This document shows, piece by piece, positions 40,005-49,645 of a stretch of DNA of 64,000 nucleotides (the first letter of the stretch is position 1; every line of letters starts with the position of its first letter). A program made the translations under genes and the position numbers. Source of the stretch: an uncultured Gemmatimonadales bacterium (lineage in GTDB: Bacteria > Gemmatimonadota > Gemmatimonadetes > Longimicrobiales > RSA9). Below the pieces are notes generated by a model that saw nothing but the letters and a program-made list of their open reading frames with translations, was not told the DNA's origin and searched no databases. The DNA lies in contig CAWCUS010000001.1 in NCBI GenBank assembly GCA_963798845.1, positions 256,001 through 320,000 of the forward strand. The letters run 5' to 3'.

Positions 40005-40721
40005 ATGACGCATATCAGCACCAAGGCGATGGCCGAAGCCGTGCTCCGCGAGCTCCCTAGCGTGCTCGGGGCGTACGTCAACGAAGACATGGAGGGGCGG
40101 CCGCGGGAGGTCCACCTGCTGGTCCGGCACGGCCCCGACGCCGCGCGTCTCGCGCGGGACGTCCACGACCTCCTCGAAGAGCGGCTAGGCGTGCCCATCG
40201 ACCGGCGCGTGATCAGCATCGCGCAGCTCGCCCGGGACCCCGACTGGCCGGAGCCGGAGCCCGAAGACACGCTCGCAGCGGTCGACTCGCCGCCCCGCGC
40301 CATGTCCACGGTCCCGGAGGCCAGGCCCGTGTTCGTCGGCCTCGAGTCCTCCGTCTCCGCCAGTCACGTGACCGTGAGGGTGCGGCTGGAGTGGAAGGGC
40401 GACGTCGCCAGCGGGAGCGCCGAGTCCGCCGACACACCGCAGGGGCGCGCGCGCGCCGCCGCCGCGGCCACGCTCCGCGCCGCAGCCGGCGCCGCGGGCG
40501 GCGGGGACCTGAACCTCGAGCTCGACTTCGCGTCCATCGTGCAGGCGCTGGACGGAGACTATGTGCTGGTGAGCGTGCTCGGGATGTCGCGTCGGATCGG
40601 CCGTCGGCCGCTCCCGCTGGTCGGGGCTCAGCCGATCGAGAGCGACGTGGAGTCTGCGGCCGCACTGGCCTCGCTCAAGGCGATCAACAGGACGCTGACG
40701 CTGGCCCTCCAGGCCAGCTGA
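40005..40721 (+). CDS. Hypothetical two-domain protein
   Basis: ORF with a TTGACG-17bp-CATCCT promoter-like element at 39943-39971. Confidence 0.75.
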   Translation: MTHISTKAMAEAVLRELPSVLGAYVNEDMEGRPREVHLLVRHGPDAARLARDVHDLLEERLGVPIDRRVISIAQLARDPDWPEPEPEDTLAAVDSPPRAMSTVPEARPVFVGLESSVSASHVTVRVRLEWKGDVASGSAESADTPQGRARAAAAATLRAAAGAAGGGDLNLELDFASIVQALDGDYVLVSVLGMSRRIGRRPLPLVGAQPIESDVESAAALASLKAINRTLTLALQAS

Positions 40722-41312
40722 TCAGCCGGCGGAAAGAAGTGGGCTCAGGGCGAAGTACGTCCTGGGAATGTCCAGACGGGCTACCACGCGGCGGCGAGCG
40801 AGCGACTCCAGCGCCGCCTCCGTTTCTGTTTCCATCGCCTCCAGCGCTTCCGCCACTTCCGCCGGTCCGCCCCGTGCCATCCCCTCCAGCGCCAGCCACG
40901 CCGCTCGCTCGGCATCCGGGACCTCGCCCAGGAGCGTGAGCTCACCGCTGCCGAGCTCGGCCGCGATGGCAAGGCCCTGACGGCCGAGCACCGACTCGAT
41001 GGTCTCCCGGTGGCGGTCGTCGACGCCCCGTACCAGGAAATACGCTTCTGAGGGCCGGTCCTCGCGCTGGAATCGGAGGATCAGCTTGGCCACGGTCTCG
41101 TCCGCGCAGCTGTAGTCGAGCACCACCACTTCGCTGAAGTCGAGGACGGTGAGGCAGAGCGCGCCCAGCTCGGCGATCTGCGCCTCGATCCCGAGCCGCA
41201 GCGCCTGTCCGGTGGGGCGGGTCACCAGGTGCGAATAGAGAGTGGCGACCGATTTCCGAACCAGCGCGGAAAGGTCGAAACGCAGCGGGACGACGTCGCC
41301 GAGCTCGCTCAC
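40722..41312 (-). CDS. STAS-like (DUF4325-like) domain plus C-terminal winged-helix-like protein
   Basis: LDFSEVVVLDYSCADE STAS-type motif; C-terminal PAEVAEAL...LESLARRRVV; GTG start overlaps the upstream stop. Confidence 0.7.
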   Translation of the reverse strand: MSELGDVVPLRFDLSALVRKSVATLYSHLVTRPTGQALRLGIEAQIAELGALCLTVLDFSEVVVLDYSCADETVAKLILRFQREDRPSEAYFLVRGVDDRHRETIESVLGRQGLAIAAELGSGELTLLGEVPDAERAAWLALEGMARGGPAEVAEALEAMETETEAALESLARRRVVARLDIPRTYFALSPLLSAG

Positions 41313-42232
41313 CGGCCACCTCCCGCCTGCGCCGCCGGGGACGCACCTTCGACGACGCGCGACGGCAGGACGATGCTGATCTGCGCGCCGGGGAAAGGGG
41401 CGAGGTCGCTCTCGAGAGGAGGCGAGTCGTCCCACGCCGGGACGTCCGCGATGCGGGCCGTCCCGCTCCGGATCGAGATCCGGCCGTTCCACCGACCCAC
41501 CTGCTTCCGGATCTGCTGCAGCCCCTGCCCGCGTCCGGGGTCGTGGAACCGGGTGAGGCCGTGGATGAATGCCGCTTCCAGGGCGGACGCGTCGCTCCAG
41601 CGCTCGCCATAGCGGGCAGCGTGCTCGCTGGCGAGAGAGCCGTAGAAGCCCACGCCCAGGTCCATCACGGCGATGGCCACGACCTTCCTGCCGAGACGCC
41701 TGGCCCAGTTGTAGGTCTGGGTGGCGACCCAGCCTCCCGCCTCGGCGTGGTCGATGATGTTCTGGCAGACCTCGCTCAGCATGACGCTGAACTGGAACGC
41801 CTCCTTGAGCGGGTAGTTCAGCTGTCGGGTCAGGATGGCCAGGGCGCGCTCGTTCACCTGGTCCACGATCTGGTGTACGTCCATGTGGGACTGCACCGGC
41901 GTGATCTCCAGGAGCACGTCGGAGCTCCCGCCTCCCTGGCGCCGACCGGGGCCGTGCATCTCGTACACCCCTTCGGCGTGCCGGAAAAAGCCCATGCGCC
42001 CGAGATAGCTGACGACGTCGCTCGAATCCGGCATCTGGAGCTTCGGCCGCTCGCCCCCGCGCCCGGCCACCTCGCCGAGGGCGAGGAGCCCCAGCATCCC
42101 GTACGGGTCGACCCAGCGCAGGCGACGCGCGTCCACCAGCACGTGCGCGCCCGCTTCCACGCCCCTGAGCTCCTCCACCACCCCGTCGAACGAGCGTTCC
42201 TCGAGGTTGGCGGGCACGGTGATGACGTTCAC
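41309..42232 (-). CDS. STAS-like domain plus GHKL (HATPase_c) kinase-like protein
   Basis: VDARRLRWVDPYG...SYLGRMGF; N-box EVCQNIIDHA, G1 DLGVG, G2 GRGQGL. Confidence 0.82.
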   Translation of the reverse strand: MNVITVPANLEERSFDGVVEELRGVEAGAHVLVDARRLRWVDPYGMLGLLALGEVAGRGGERPKLQMPDSSDVVSYLGRMGFFRHAEGVYEMHGPGRRQGGGSSDVLLEITPVQSHMDVHQIVDQVNERALAILTRQLNYPLKEAFQFSVMLSEVCQNIIDHAEAGGWVATQTYNWARRLGRKVVAIAVMDLGVGFYGSLASEHAARYGERWSDASALEAAFIHGLTRFHDPGRGQGLQQIRKQVGRWNGRISIRSGTARIADVPAWDDSPPLESDLAPFPGAQISIVLPSRVVEGASPAAQAGGGR

Positions 42233-43131
42233 GACCCCATCCTCAGGTGCGCGTACAGTCCGTCGGCGCCGCGGTGGTCCATCTTCCGGGCGGCCGCGCG
42301 GTTGCCCTGTCGGGCGGCCTCCTCCAGCGACGCCCCCCCGGCGAGCGCCACGAAGCACGTGCCACCCCACACATCGCCGCACCCCGTGGGGTCGCCTCCC
42401 GGCCCTCGACGCTCGGGCGCCACGGGGACGGTGCGAACGGCGTCGCCTTCCCGGTACCGGATCTCCGCCCCGCGCTCCGCCCGCGTGACGAGAAGCGCGC
42501 GGAGCCGGCGTTCCAGGGCGCGTTCCGCCACGGCCGCAGGGTCATCGTCGCCTGCGACCAGGCCGAGCTCCCGCTCGTTCATCTGCACGACCTCGAACGC
42601 CTGCAGCCAGCGATCCCGCTCCGGGAGCAGCCGGGGGACGCGGTGGCCCCCGCTGCCGATCCCGAGCAGGAGCGAGTGGAAGTCGGCGTAGAGGAAGCCG
42701 TCGAACTCGCGGCGCAGCCGCTCCGCTGTCTCGAGCTCGAGCTCGAACCCGGAGATGAGGTTGACGAACAGGGCATCGACCCCCTCCAGCAGCGGTGCCA
42801 GCTCGGCCCATTCCCACCGCGGGACGCCGCCCGTGAGGCATTCGTGCCGGTGCTCGGCATCGTGGTAGCGCAGGTGAACGCGGTTGTTGCGCTCGGGCGT
42901 TTCCACCACGCCGCCGGGCCGCTCCACGGTCGGCAGCGTGTCGAGGAACGCGCGGGCGTGATCCGAGAGGTCGCGGCCGACCTTCATGATCGGCCGGATG
43001 GTCCACCCCGCCGGGAGGGCCGCGGCCGCGGCCGCTAGGGAGTACGAGATGCCGCCCCACCGCTCAACCAGCTCCCCCGCCGGGTGGTCAATGAGGTCCC
43101 ATACCATGGTGCCGAGGATCGCGACGCGCAT
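42229..43131 (-). CDS. PfkB/ribokinase family carbohydrate kinase
   Basis: WGG, QMNERE and DPTGCGDVWGG signature. Confidence 0.85.
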   Translation of the reverse strand: MRVAILGTMVWDLIDHPAGELVERWGGISYSLAAAAAALPAGWTIRPIMKVGRDLSDHARAFLDTLPTVERPGGVVETPERNNRVHLRYHDAEHRHECLTGGVPRWEWAELAPLLEGVDALFVNLISGFELELETAERLRREFDGFLYADFHSLLLGIGSGGHRVPRLLPERDRWLQAFEVVQMNERELGLVAGDDDPAAVAERALERRLRALLVTRAERGAEIRYREGDAVRTVPVAPERRGPGGDPTGCGDVWGGTCFVALAGGASLEEAARQGNRAAARKMDHRGADGLYAHLRMGS

Positions 43132-43153
43132 TCGGGCTCGTGAACGCCGCGGC

Positions 43154-44161
43154 TCAGACGGCGCCGAGGACTTCGGTCTTGAACATGGCGATGGCGCCGA
43201 TCACTCCAGCCGTGCCCATGAGCTGCGCCGGGACGATGGTGCAGGCCTCCTGCGCGCTCTTGAACGCGCGTCGCCGCACCTCGGCGCGCAGTGGCACGAA
43301 GAGCGTGTCCCCGGCCTTCGTGACGCCGCCCGAGATCACCACCATCTCCGGGTTGAGGATGTTGATGATGTTCGCGACACCGGTGCCGAGGAACTTGGCA
43401 GTCTCCTTCATGACCTCGTTCGCGTACGCGTCGCCGAGGACCGCGCCTTCGTAGACCGTGGCGGCGGTGATCTCCTCGAGGCGGCCGTGCACCAGGTCCG
43501 GCAGCACCGTCTCGGCCCCCGACTCGATCCCTTCAATGGCGCGCAGCGCGATGGCCGGCCCGGAGGCGTAGGCTTCGAGGCAGCCGTAGTTGCCGCACTT
43601 GCACTTCCGTCCGGTGGAGTCAATGGTCATGTGGCCGATCTCGCCGGCCGCGTCGCTTACCCCGTGGAAGATCCTGCCGTTGAGGACGATCCCGCCGCCG
43701 ATTCCGGTCCCGAGCGTCAGCCCGATCAGGTTGTCGACGTCCTTCCCCGCCCCCAGCCACCACTCCCCGTAGGTGGCGCAGTTGGCGTCGTTGTCCAGCG
43801 CGGCCGGGACGCCCAGGGCGTTCGAGATCAGGTCTCGCAGGGGGAAGTTCCGCCAGCCGAGGTTCGGGGTGTTGATGATGGTGCCGGTATCGCGGTCGAG
43901 CGGACCCGGCGAGCCGACGCCCACGCCCGCCACCTGCTCGCGCTTGCCGCCGCCGGCCAGCACCACTTCCCGGATCGCCTCCTCCACCATGTACAGGATG
44001 CGGTCCACCACGAACTTGGCCCCTTTCACCGCCTCGGTCTTCATGGTGCGGAGCCCGAGCACCTCGCCACCGCCACCGTTCAGCGGGAGGATGCCCACGA
44101 CAATGTTCGTGCCGCCGAGGTCCACCCCCACCACCCACCGCGGATCCGATTCGCCAGTCAT
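43154..44161 (-). CDS. ROK family sugar kinase (glucokinase-like)
   Basis: GVDLGGT, DNDANCA, GTGIGGG and GEIGH...CKCGNYGCLE motifs. Confidence 0.92.
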   Translation of the reverse strand: MTGESDPRWVVGVDLGGTNIVVGILPLNGGGGEVLGLRTMKTEAVKGAKFVVDRILYMVEEAIREVVLAGGGKREQVAGVGVGSPGPLDRDTGTIINTPNLGWRNFPLRDLISNALGVPAALDNDANCATYGEWWLGAGKDVDNLIGLTLGTGIGGGIVLNGRIFHGVSDAAGEIGHMTIDSTGRKCKCGNYGCLEAYASGPAIALRAIEGIESGAETVLPDLVHGRLEEITAATVYEGAVLGDAYANEVMKETAKFLGTGVANIINILNPEMVVISGGVTKAGDTLFVPLRAEVRRRAFKSAQEACTIVPAQLMGTAGVIGAIAMFKTEVLGAV

Positions 44162-44826
44162 ACGGTCCTCTTCTTCTGCGACTGCGATTGCATTGCCCGT
44201 GTCGGCCGGCGAGCCGGTCCCGCGGCGCCTACGAGCCGGAGGCGGCCCTCGCGCGCATAGCGCTCCACCACCACCCGCTCGAGCTCGAAGGGGTGGCGCT
44301 TCCACCCCTCGAAGGCGAACCCGACAACTGCAATGGACGCGTCCTCCCTGGTGCGCAGATAGTGCTCGAGAACCAGAAATCCCGTGCTCGGCACGCGTGC
44401 TCGAACGCGGGGACGGCCCTGATCGAGCAGCATCCGGAGGCACTCCGCCGCGAACCCCCGGGGCAGGTACACGACCTCTTTCTCCAGCAGGCCGTTCGCT
44501 GCGAGGATACGTCTCGAATATTCGAGGCGCCAGGTCCGATTGGCCAGCCGCAGCGCCGCCTGCTTCCACGACGGATGCGCCGGCCGCGGGAAAAGGATCG
44601 TGGTGCACGCCGCCGTGAACGGCCGCCCGCGCAGGAACCCATCCCGCCCCAGCCGACGGGCCCAGCTGCCCGTGTTGTTCAGCGCCAGCACGTCACAGCG
44701 GGTTCCCGTTTTCCGGCCGTAGTTGGGCGCGGCGTTGAAGCGGACCACGCTCCCCGCGGCGTCCACATCGTCGGCAATGTCGGCGTCCACCAGGCCGTTG
44801 CCGATGATGAAGACGTCCGCGCTCAC
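44158..44826 (-). CDS. GT29 (sialyltransferase)-like glycosyltransferase
   Basis: IIGNG...VVRFN...GRKTG resembles sialylmotif L; PSTG...VGF resembles motif S; HPFELE resembles motif VS. Confidence 0.6.
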   Translation of the reverse strand: MSADVFIIGNGLVDADIADDVDAAGSVVRFNAAPNYGRKTGTRCDVLALNNTGSWARRLGRDGFLRGRPFTAACTTILFPRPAHPSWKQAALRLANRTWRLEYSRRILAANGLLEKEVVYLPRGFAAECLRMLLDQGRPRVRARVPSTGFLVLEHYLRTREDASIAVVGFAFEGWKRHPFELERVVVERYAREGRLRLVGAAGPARRPTRAMQSQSQKKRTV

Positions 44827-45677
44827 GGGCGGACGCTCCGTTCCATGCCGCACGGCGTGAACGTCCGGCGCCGGCGCCGCGTCTCGGCGCGGATCGACCG
44901 GTTCCGCTCCAGCATCTCCGCGGTCACGTAACCCCGGGAGTGGTGGAGATGGAGGCACTTCGCGCGGTAGCGGATGCGGCGGGGCCGCACTCCGCGGTTA
45001 CGCAGCCGGTCCCCCATCTCCCCGTCCTCGCCCCCGTACCCCATCCGCTCGTCGAACCCGTTCACCGCCACGACGTCGACCTTCCAGGCGGAGGAGTTGT
45101 GGCCGTTCCACGTGGCCGGCGTGGGAACCACGGCGTCGAGAACGGCCGCCAGCCGCCCTTCCGCAGTGAGTTTGAGGGTCCGCTTCGAGCGCCGCAATCC
45201 ACGCTGCTCCAGCCACCGGATGTCGAACGCCGAACCGCTCTCCACGCTTTCGCGCGACACCGCCGCGGAAGCCTCCGCCGGCAGCTTGAGGTAACCGCCG
45301 GAGAGAAACCGGCCGCGGGCGGCGAGGCGTCGGTGGACGGCCACGAAGTCGCGCCGGGGGACGCAGTCGCCGTCGCTCAGGATCAGGTACTCGCCCGGGG
45401 CGTCGCGGATCGCCTCGTTCAGGATCCGGCACTTGCGGAAGCCGCGGTCCTCCTGCCAGACGTGGCGCAGCTCGAGGCCGGTGGCGCCCCGGAGCGTGTC
45501 GATCCGGGCCGCGGTCTCGGCCGAGGAGCCGTCGTCGGCGACGACGATGTCGAAATCCCGGTCGGTCTGGCAGGCGTAGCCCCAGAGCACCTTTTCCAGG
45601 TAGTCCGGGCTGTTGTAGGTCGAGAGGATGACCGTGACGCCCGGGGTCCGCCGCTGCCCGCTCACCGTGGCTGCCAT
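44823..45677 (-). CDS. GT2 family glycosyltransferase
   Basis: STYN, ADDGS, SDGDC and NGFDERMGYGGED motifs. Confidence 0.9.
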   Translation of the reverse strand: MAATVSGQRRTPGVTVILSTYNSPDYLEKVLWGYACQTDRDFDIVVADDGSSAETAARIDTLRGATGLELRHVWQEDRGFRKCRILNEAIRDAPGEYLILSDGDCVPRRDFVAVHRRLAARGRFLSGGYLKLPAEASAAVSRESVESGSAFDIRWLEQRGLRRSKRTLKLTAEGRLAAVLDAVVPTPATWNGHNSSAWKVDVVAVNGFDERMGYGGEDGEMGDRLRNRGVRPRRIRYRAKCLHLHHSRGYVTAEMLERNRSIRAETRRRRRTFTPCGMERSVRP

Positions 45678-45703
45678 CGCGCGGCCGGGTCGCGCCGCTC
45701 CGC

Positions 45704-47503
45704 TCAGTCCCCGACCTGCAGGACGGCCAGGAAGGCTTCCTGCGGGATCTCCACTGTGCCCACCTGCTTCATGCGCCGCTTCCCTTCCTTCTGCTTCTCG
45801 AGGAGCTTGCGCTTGCGCGTGATGTCGCCGCCGTAGCACTTGGCCGTGACGTCCTTCCGCACGGCCTTCACCGTGGTCCGGGCTATGATCTTCGTGCTGA
45901 TCGCCGCCTGTATCGCCACCTCGAACTGCTGACGCGGGATCAGCTCCTTCAGCTTCGACGCCATGTCCCGGCCGTACTCGAACGCCTTGTCCCGATGGAT
46001 GATCACGCTGAACGCATCGATCGGATCGCCGTTGATGAGCATGTCCAGCTTCACCAGGTCGTTCGCCCTGTACTCCACGAACTCCCAGTCGAGCGACGCG
46101 TAGCCGCGCGTGCCGCCCTTCAGCTTGTCGTAGAAATCCAGCACCACTTCGGCCAGAGGGATCTCGTACAGGAACTCGACACGCGTGGGATCCAGGTAGT
46201 GCATGTGCACGTACTCCCCCCGCCGGTCGTGCACCAGCTTCTGGACGTTCCCGATGTAGTCGCTCGGGCACAGGATCCGCGCCCGCACATACGGCTCCTC
46301 GATCCGGTCGATCTTCCCCCGCTCCGGCATGGCCGACGGGTTCTCGATCATCATGGTGGAGGCGTCCGTCATCACCACGTGGTACTCCACGTTGGGCACC
46401 GTGGTGATGAGATCCAGGTCGAACTCCCGCTCCAGCCGCTCCTGCACGATCTCCATGTGCAGCAGCCCCAGAAACCCGCAGCGGAAGCCGAAGCCCAGCG
46501 CCATCGACGTCTCGGGCTCGTAGTGCAGGCTCGCGTCGTTCAGCCTCAGCCGCTCCAGCGCGTCCCGCAGCTCCTCGTAATAGTCCGCATCCGTGGGGTA
46601 CAGCCCGCTGAACACCATGGGCTTCACGTCCTGGTAGCCCGGGAGCAGCGCCACGTCCGGATGCTCCGCGTCCAGGATCGTGTCCCCCACCTTCGTGTCG
46701 CTGATCCGCTTGATGGCCGCGATCACGTAGCCCACGTCCCCGGGCCGCAGCTCCTTCTGCTTCACGCGGCCGAGACGCATGATCCCCACCTCGTCCACCT
46801 CGTGCTCCGCGTGGCTCGTGCCGAACGCGATGCGCATGCCCGCCCGGATCGAGCCGTCGACCACCCGGATGCTCGGCACCGCCCCCTGGTACTGGTCGTA
46901 GAACGAGTCGAAGATCAGCGCCCGCAACGGAGCGTCTGCGTCTCCTTCCGGAGGCGGTACCCGGGCGATGATGCGCTCCAGCAGCGCGTCCACCCCCGTC
47001 CCCTCCTTCGCGCTCACCAGCAGCACGTCCTCCGGCTCGCAGCCCAGAAGGTCCACCAGCTCCTCGCGCCGCTTCTCCGGCTCCGCCCCCGGGAGGTCGA
47101 TCTTGTTCAGGACCGGGATCACCTCGAGCCCGGCCTCGATCGCCAGGAAGAGGTTCGACAGCGTCTGCGCCTGGACCCCCTGCGACGCGTCCACCACCAG
47201 CACCGCGCCCTCGCACGCCGCCAGGCTCCGGCTCACCTCGTACGTGAAGTCGACGTGCCCGGGCGTGTCGATCAGGTTCAGCTCGTACGTGTGCCCGTCC
47301 GCCGCCCGATAGTCCATCTTGATGGCGTGCAGCTTGATCGTGATCCCCCGCTCCCGCTCCAGCTCGTTGGAGTCCAGCACCTGCTCGCGCATCTCCCGCT
47401 TGTCGAGCGTATGTGTCTGCTCCAGCAGCCGGTCGGCCAGCGTCGACTTCCCGTGGTCGATGTGGGCGACGATGCAGAAGTTGCGGATTCGGGAAATGCG
47501 CAC
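45704..47503 (-). CDS. lepA: Elongation factor 4
   Basis: [31 protein letters not shown] and [13 protein letters not shown] motifs. Confidence 0.99.
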   Translation of the reverse strand: MRISRIRNFCIVAHIDHGKSTLADRLLEQTHTLDKREMREQVLDSNELERERGITIKLHAIKMDYRAADGHTYELNLIDTPGHVDFTYEVSRSLAACEGAVLVVDASQGVQAQTLSNLFLAIEAGLEVIPVLNKIDLPGAEPEKRREELVDLLGCEPEDVLLVSAKEGTGVDALLERIIARVPPPEGDADAPLRALIFDSFYDQYQGAVPSIRVVDGSIRAGMRIAFGTSHAEHEVDEVGIMRLGRVKQKELRPGDVGYVIAAIKRISDTKVGDTILDAEHPDVALLPGYQDVKPMVFSGLYPTDADYYEELRDALERLRLNDASLHYEPETSMALGFGFRCGFLGLLHMEIVQERLEREFDLDLITTVPNVEYHVVMTDASTMMIENPSAMPERGKIDRIEEPYVRARILCPSDYIGNVQKLVHDRRGEYVHMHYLDPTRVEFLYEIPLAEVVLDFYDKLKGGTRGYASLDWEFVEYRANDLVKLDMLINGDPIDAFSVIIHRDKAFEYGRDMASKLKELIPRQQFEVAIQAAISTKIIARTTVKAVRKDVTAKCYGGDITRKRKLLEKQKEGKRRMKQVGTVEIPQEAFLAVLQVGD

Positions 47504-47587
47504 GCGCGTTTCGGCTCGGTTCCGGGTTCGAGAACCGTTCAAGATAGCGGAAACACCCGTCCCAGGGGAGCGCCGACACGCGCGTCT

Positions 47588-47618
47588 GGCCGACGCAGCG
47601 GCCGACGCAGCGGCCGAC
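47588..47618. repeat. 12-bp tandem repeat GGCCGACGCAGC, about 2.6 copies
   Basis: Read directly from the sequence. Confidence 0.8.
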
Positions 47619-47818
47619 TAGCGATCGGCGCCGGCGTAGCGGCGGATGCGGCGGGCTGCGAACGCCCCGATGGCCAGCGCCAGCACCAGGGCGACAGCGG
47701 CGGCGATCCACCACACTGCCTCTCCGACGGCGAGCGCGTGGCCGGCGAAGTACGCCACCAGAACGGCGCACGCGGCAGCCGCGAGCGAGAGGATCGAATC
47801 AATGAACTTGAGCCCCAT
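47618..47818 (-). CDS. Small two-TM membrane protein, 66 aa
   Basis: GGAG upstream of the ATG; two hydrophobic helices and a basic tail. Confidence 0.65.
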   Translation of the reverse strand: MGLKFIDSILSLAAAACAVLVAYFAGHALAVGEAVWWIAAAVALVLALAIGAFAARRIRRYAGADR

Positions 47819-47856
47819 GGTCGATCTCCGTTCGAGATTTTCGGCTTGCGGGAGGG

Positions 47857-49524
47857 TCAGCGGCCGGACGTGAGCCGGCGGACCTCGGCGAGGCCCTCGT
47901 GCGTCCAGCGCGGCGGATCGTCCGCGTTGGCGATGCGGTCCGCGATGAGGAAGACGAGGCGGGCGACGCGGGCGTTCTTGTCGGTGTCGATCTTCTGCAT
48001 TTCGTCGCCCGGGCGGTGATAGTCGTCGTGCGTCCCTGCGAAGAAGAAGAGCGCCGGGATCTCCCGCACTGCGAAGCTGAAATGGTCGCTCCGGAAGAAG
48101 AAGCGCTGTTCGGGCCAGAGGTCGTCGGCGAGGGTGAGGCCGAGGCCAGGGTTGTCGCGCGCGACGTCGTGGGCAAGCGGACCCAGGGAAGAGTAGTCCT
48201 GGCCGATGACGACGATGGTGTCCGGGGCGTTCCGGCCCACCATGTCCAGGTTCAGGTCGGCGACGATCCGGTCCAGCGGGACTGTGGGGTGCTCGGTGAA
48301 CCACCGCGACCCGAGCAGCCCCTTCTCCTCGCCGCTGACCGTGAGGAAGAGCAGCGAGCGTCGGGGCGGCGACGCAAGCGAGGCGAAAGCCTCCGCGATC
48401 TCGATCACGGCGGCGGTGCCGGACGCGTCGTCGTCTGCGCCGTTGTAGATGGAGTCCCCGTCCACCGGCGGTCCGACGCCGAGGTGGTCCATGTGCGATG
48501 TCACGAGCACGTACGTGCCGCGCAGAGTGGAATCGCTCCCGGGCAGGAGCGCGACCACGTTGGGCGCTTCGGCGTCGTCCAGCGACCGGACTGGCGCGCT
48601 CAGCGACACCGTGAGACCTGGCAGTGCGACCGGGTGCCTCGGCCCGCCCCCGACCAGCGCCGACGGATCGAGGCCGGCCATGCGCAGGATGCGGAGCGTG
48701 GCCGGCCGACCAACGAAGAACAGCGGCGGGCGGGCGCCCGTGCCGGCCGTTCCAGCCGTGCTGGCCGTATCGGCGGCGCCGGGGGTATCGGCCATGCCGG
48801 CCACACTGGCCGTGTCGGCCGCGTCGGCCATGTCGGGCGGGGTGCTGGCGTACGCACGGGCGGGGCGTGCGGTGGCCTGGGCGAGCGCGGCGATCTCCCG
48901 TTCGGTGATGCGCGGGTCCAGCAGGAATGCGACGGCGGCCGCGCCTGCGTCCCGGGCAGCGTCCGCGGCCGCCGCGATGGCGGCGCGGGTCTCCCGCGGG
49001 AAGCGGTAGCCGCGGGGTCCGGATTCCGGCACGCCCTCGAGCTGCACCAGCGCCACACGGCCACGGAGCTCTCCGCTCCGTGCTCCCGCGAGCGCGTCGG
49101 TGGATCCGACGAGAATGGCACCCGCGCGCGTGTCCGGGAGGTCTCCCGCCACCGCGTAGAAATCCGATCCGTACGTCAGGGTGTGGCTTGCCCCGGCACT
49201 GATCTGGAAGCGGGCGCGCGCAACGTCGAGGACGCGGAGCGGGTACGGGTAGCGCTGGAGCCAGCCTTCCGATCCGGCTGGCAGGAGGCCGAAATCGGCG
49301 AACTGCCGGGCGATCCAGGCGGCGGCGGAGTCCAGGCCCGGGCTCGGCGTCCCACGCCCCCGCAGCCGGTCGCTGGCCAGGTAGGCGATGCGATCGCGGA
49401 TGTCGGCGGGCGTGATGGTGGCCACCGCGTCCGCGAGCCTGGCGCGGTCCGCGGGGTGTTCCGCGGAGCGAGGAGCGCACGCGGCGAGGGCGGCGGCCAG
49501 GAGCATATAGGGGGCGTGTCGCAT
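47857..49524 (-). CDS. M28 family aminopeptidase, lipoprotein
   Basis: Lipobox LAAC; HMDH, GADDDASG, GEEKGLLGS, NLDM, RSDH and DYH motifs. Confidence 0.92.
   Translation of the reverse strand: MRHAPYMLLAAALAACAPRSAEHPADRARLADAVATITPADIRDRIAYLASDRLRGRGTPSPGLDSAAAWIARQFADFGLLPAGSEGWLQRYPYPLRVLDVARARFQISAGASHTLTYGSDFYAVAGDLPDTRAGAILVGSTDALAGARSGELRGRVALVQLEGVPESGPRGYRFPRETRAAIAAAADAARDAGAAAVAFLLDPRITEREIAALAQATARPARAYASTPPDMADAADTASVAGMADTPGAADTASTAGTAGTGARPPLFFVGRPATLRILRMAGLDPSALVGGGPRHPVALPGLTVSLSAPVRSLDDAEAPNVVALLPGSDSTLRGTYVLVTSHMDHLGVGPPVDGDSIYNGADDDASGTAAVIEIAEAFASLASPPRRSLLFLTVSGEEKGLLGSRWFTEHPTVPLDRIVADLNLDMVGRNAPDTIVVIGQDYSSLGPLAHDVARDNPGLGLTLADDLWPEQRFFFRSDHFSFAVREIPALFFFAGTHDDYHRPGDEMQKIDTDKNARVARLVFLIADRIANADDPPRWTHEGLAEVRRLTSGR
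48741..48839 (-). repeat. Degenerate 9-bp period repeat (about 11 units) inside the M28 gene
   Basis: Units such as TGCCGGCCG, TATCGGCCA and TGTCGGCCG; encodes MADAADTASVAGMADTPGAADTASTAGTAG. Confidence 0.7.
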
Positions 49525-49645
49525 TGGGTCCGTCGCTGAAGGCTTCCGGGACGGCGGAAGGTAGGGGAAGGGAGGGCGGGAATCCAGACGCGGTCGCGCC
49601 GCGACGAGTCCCTGGTCCGCAACGTGCGCTCGGTGGCACGCGCCC

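Noticed and set aside
47588..47618. 12-bp repeat as an insertion target-site duplication
   Set aside because: The copies are tandem with no element between them, so simple slippage is more likely.
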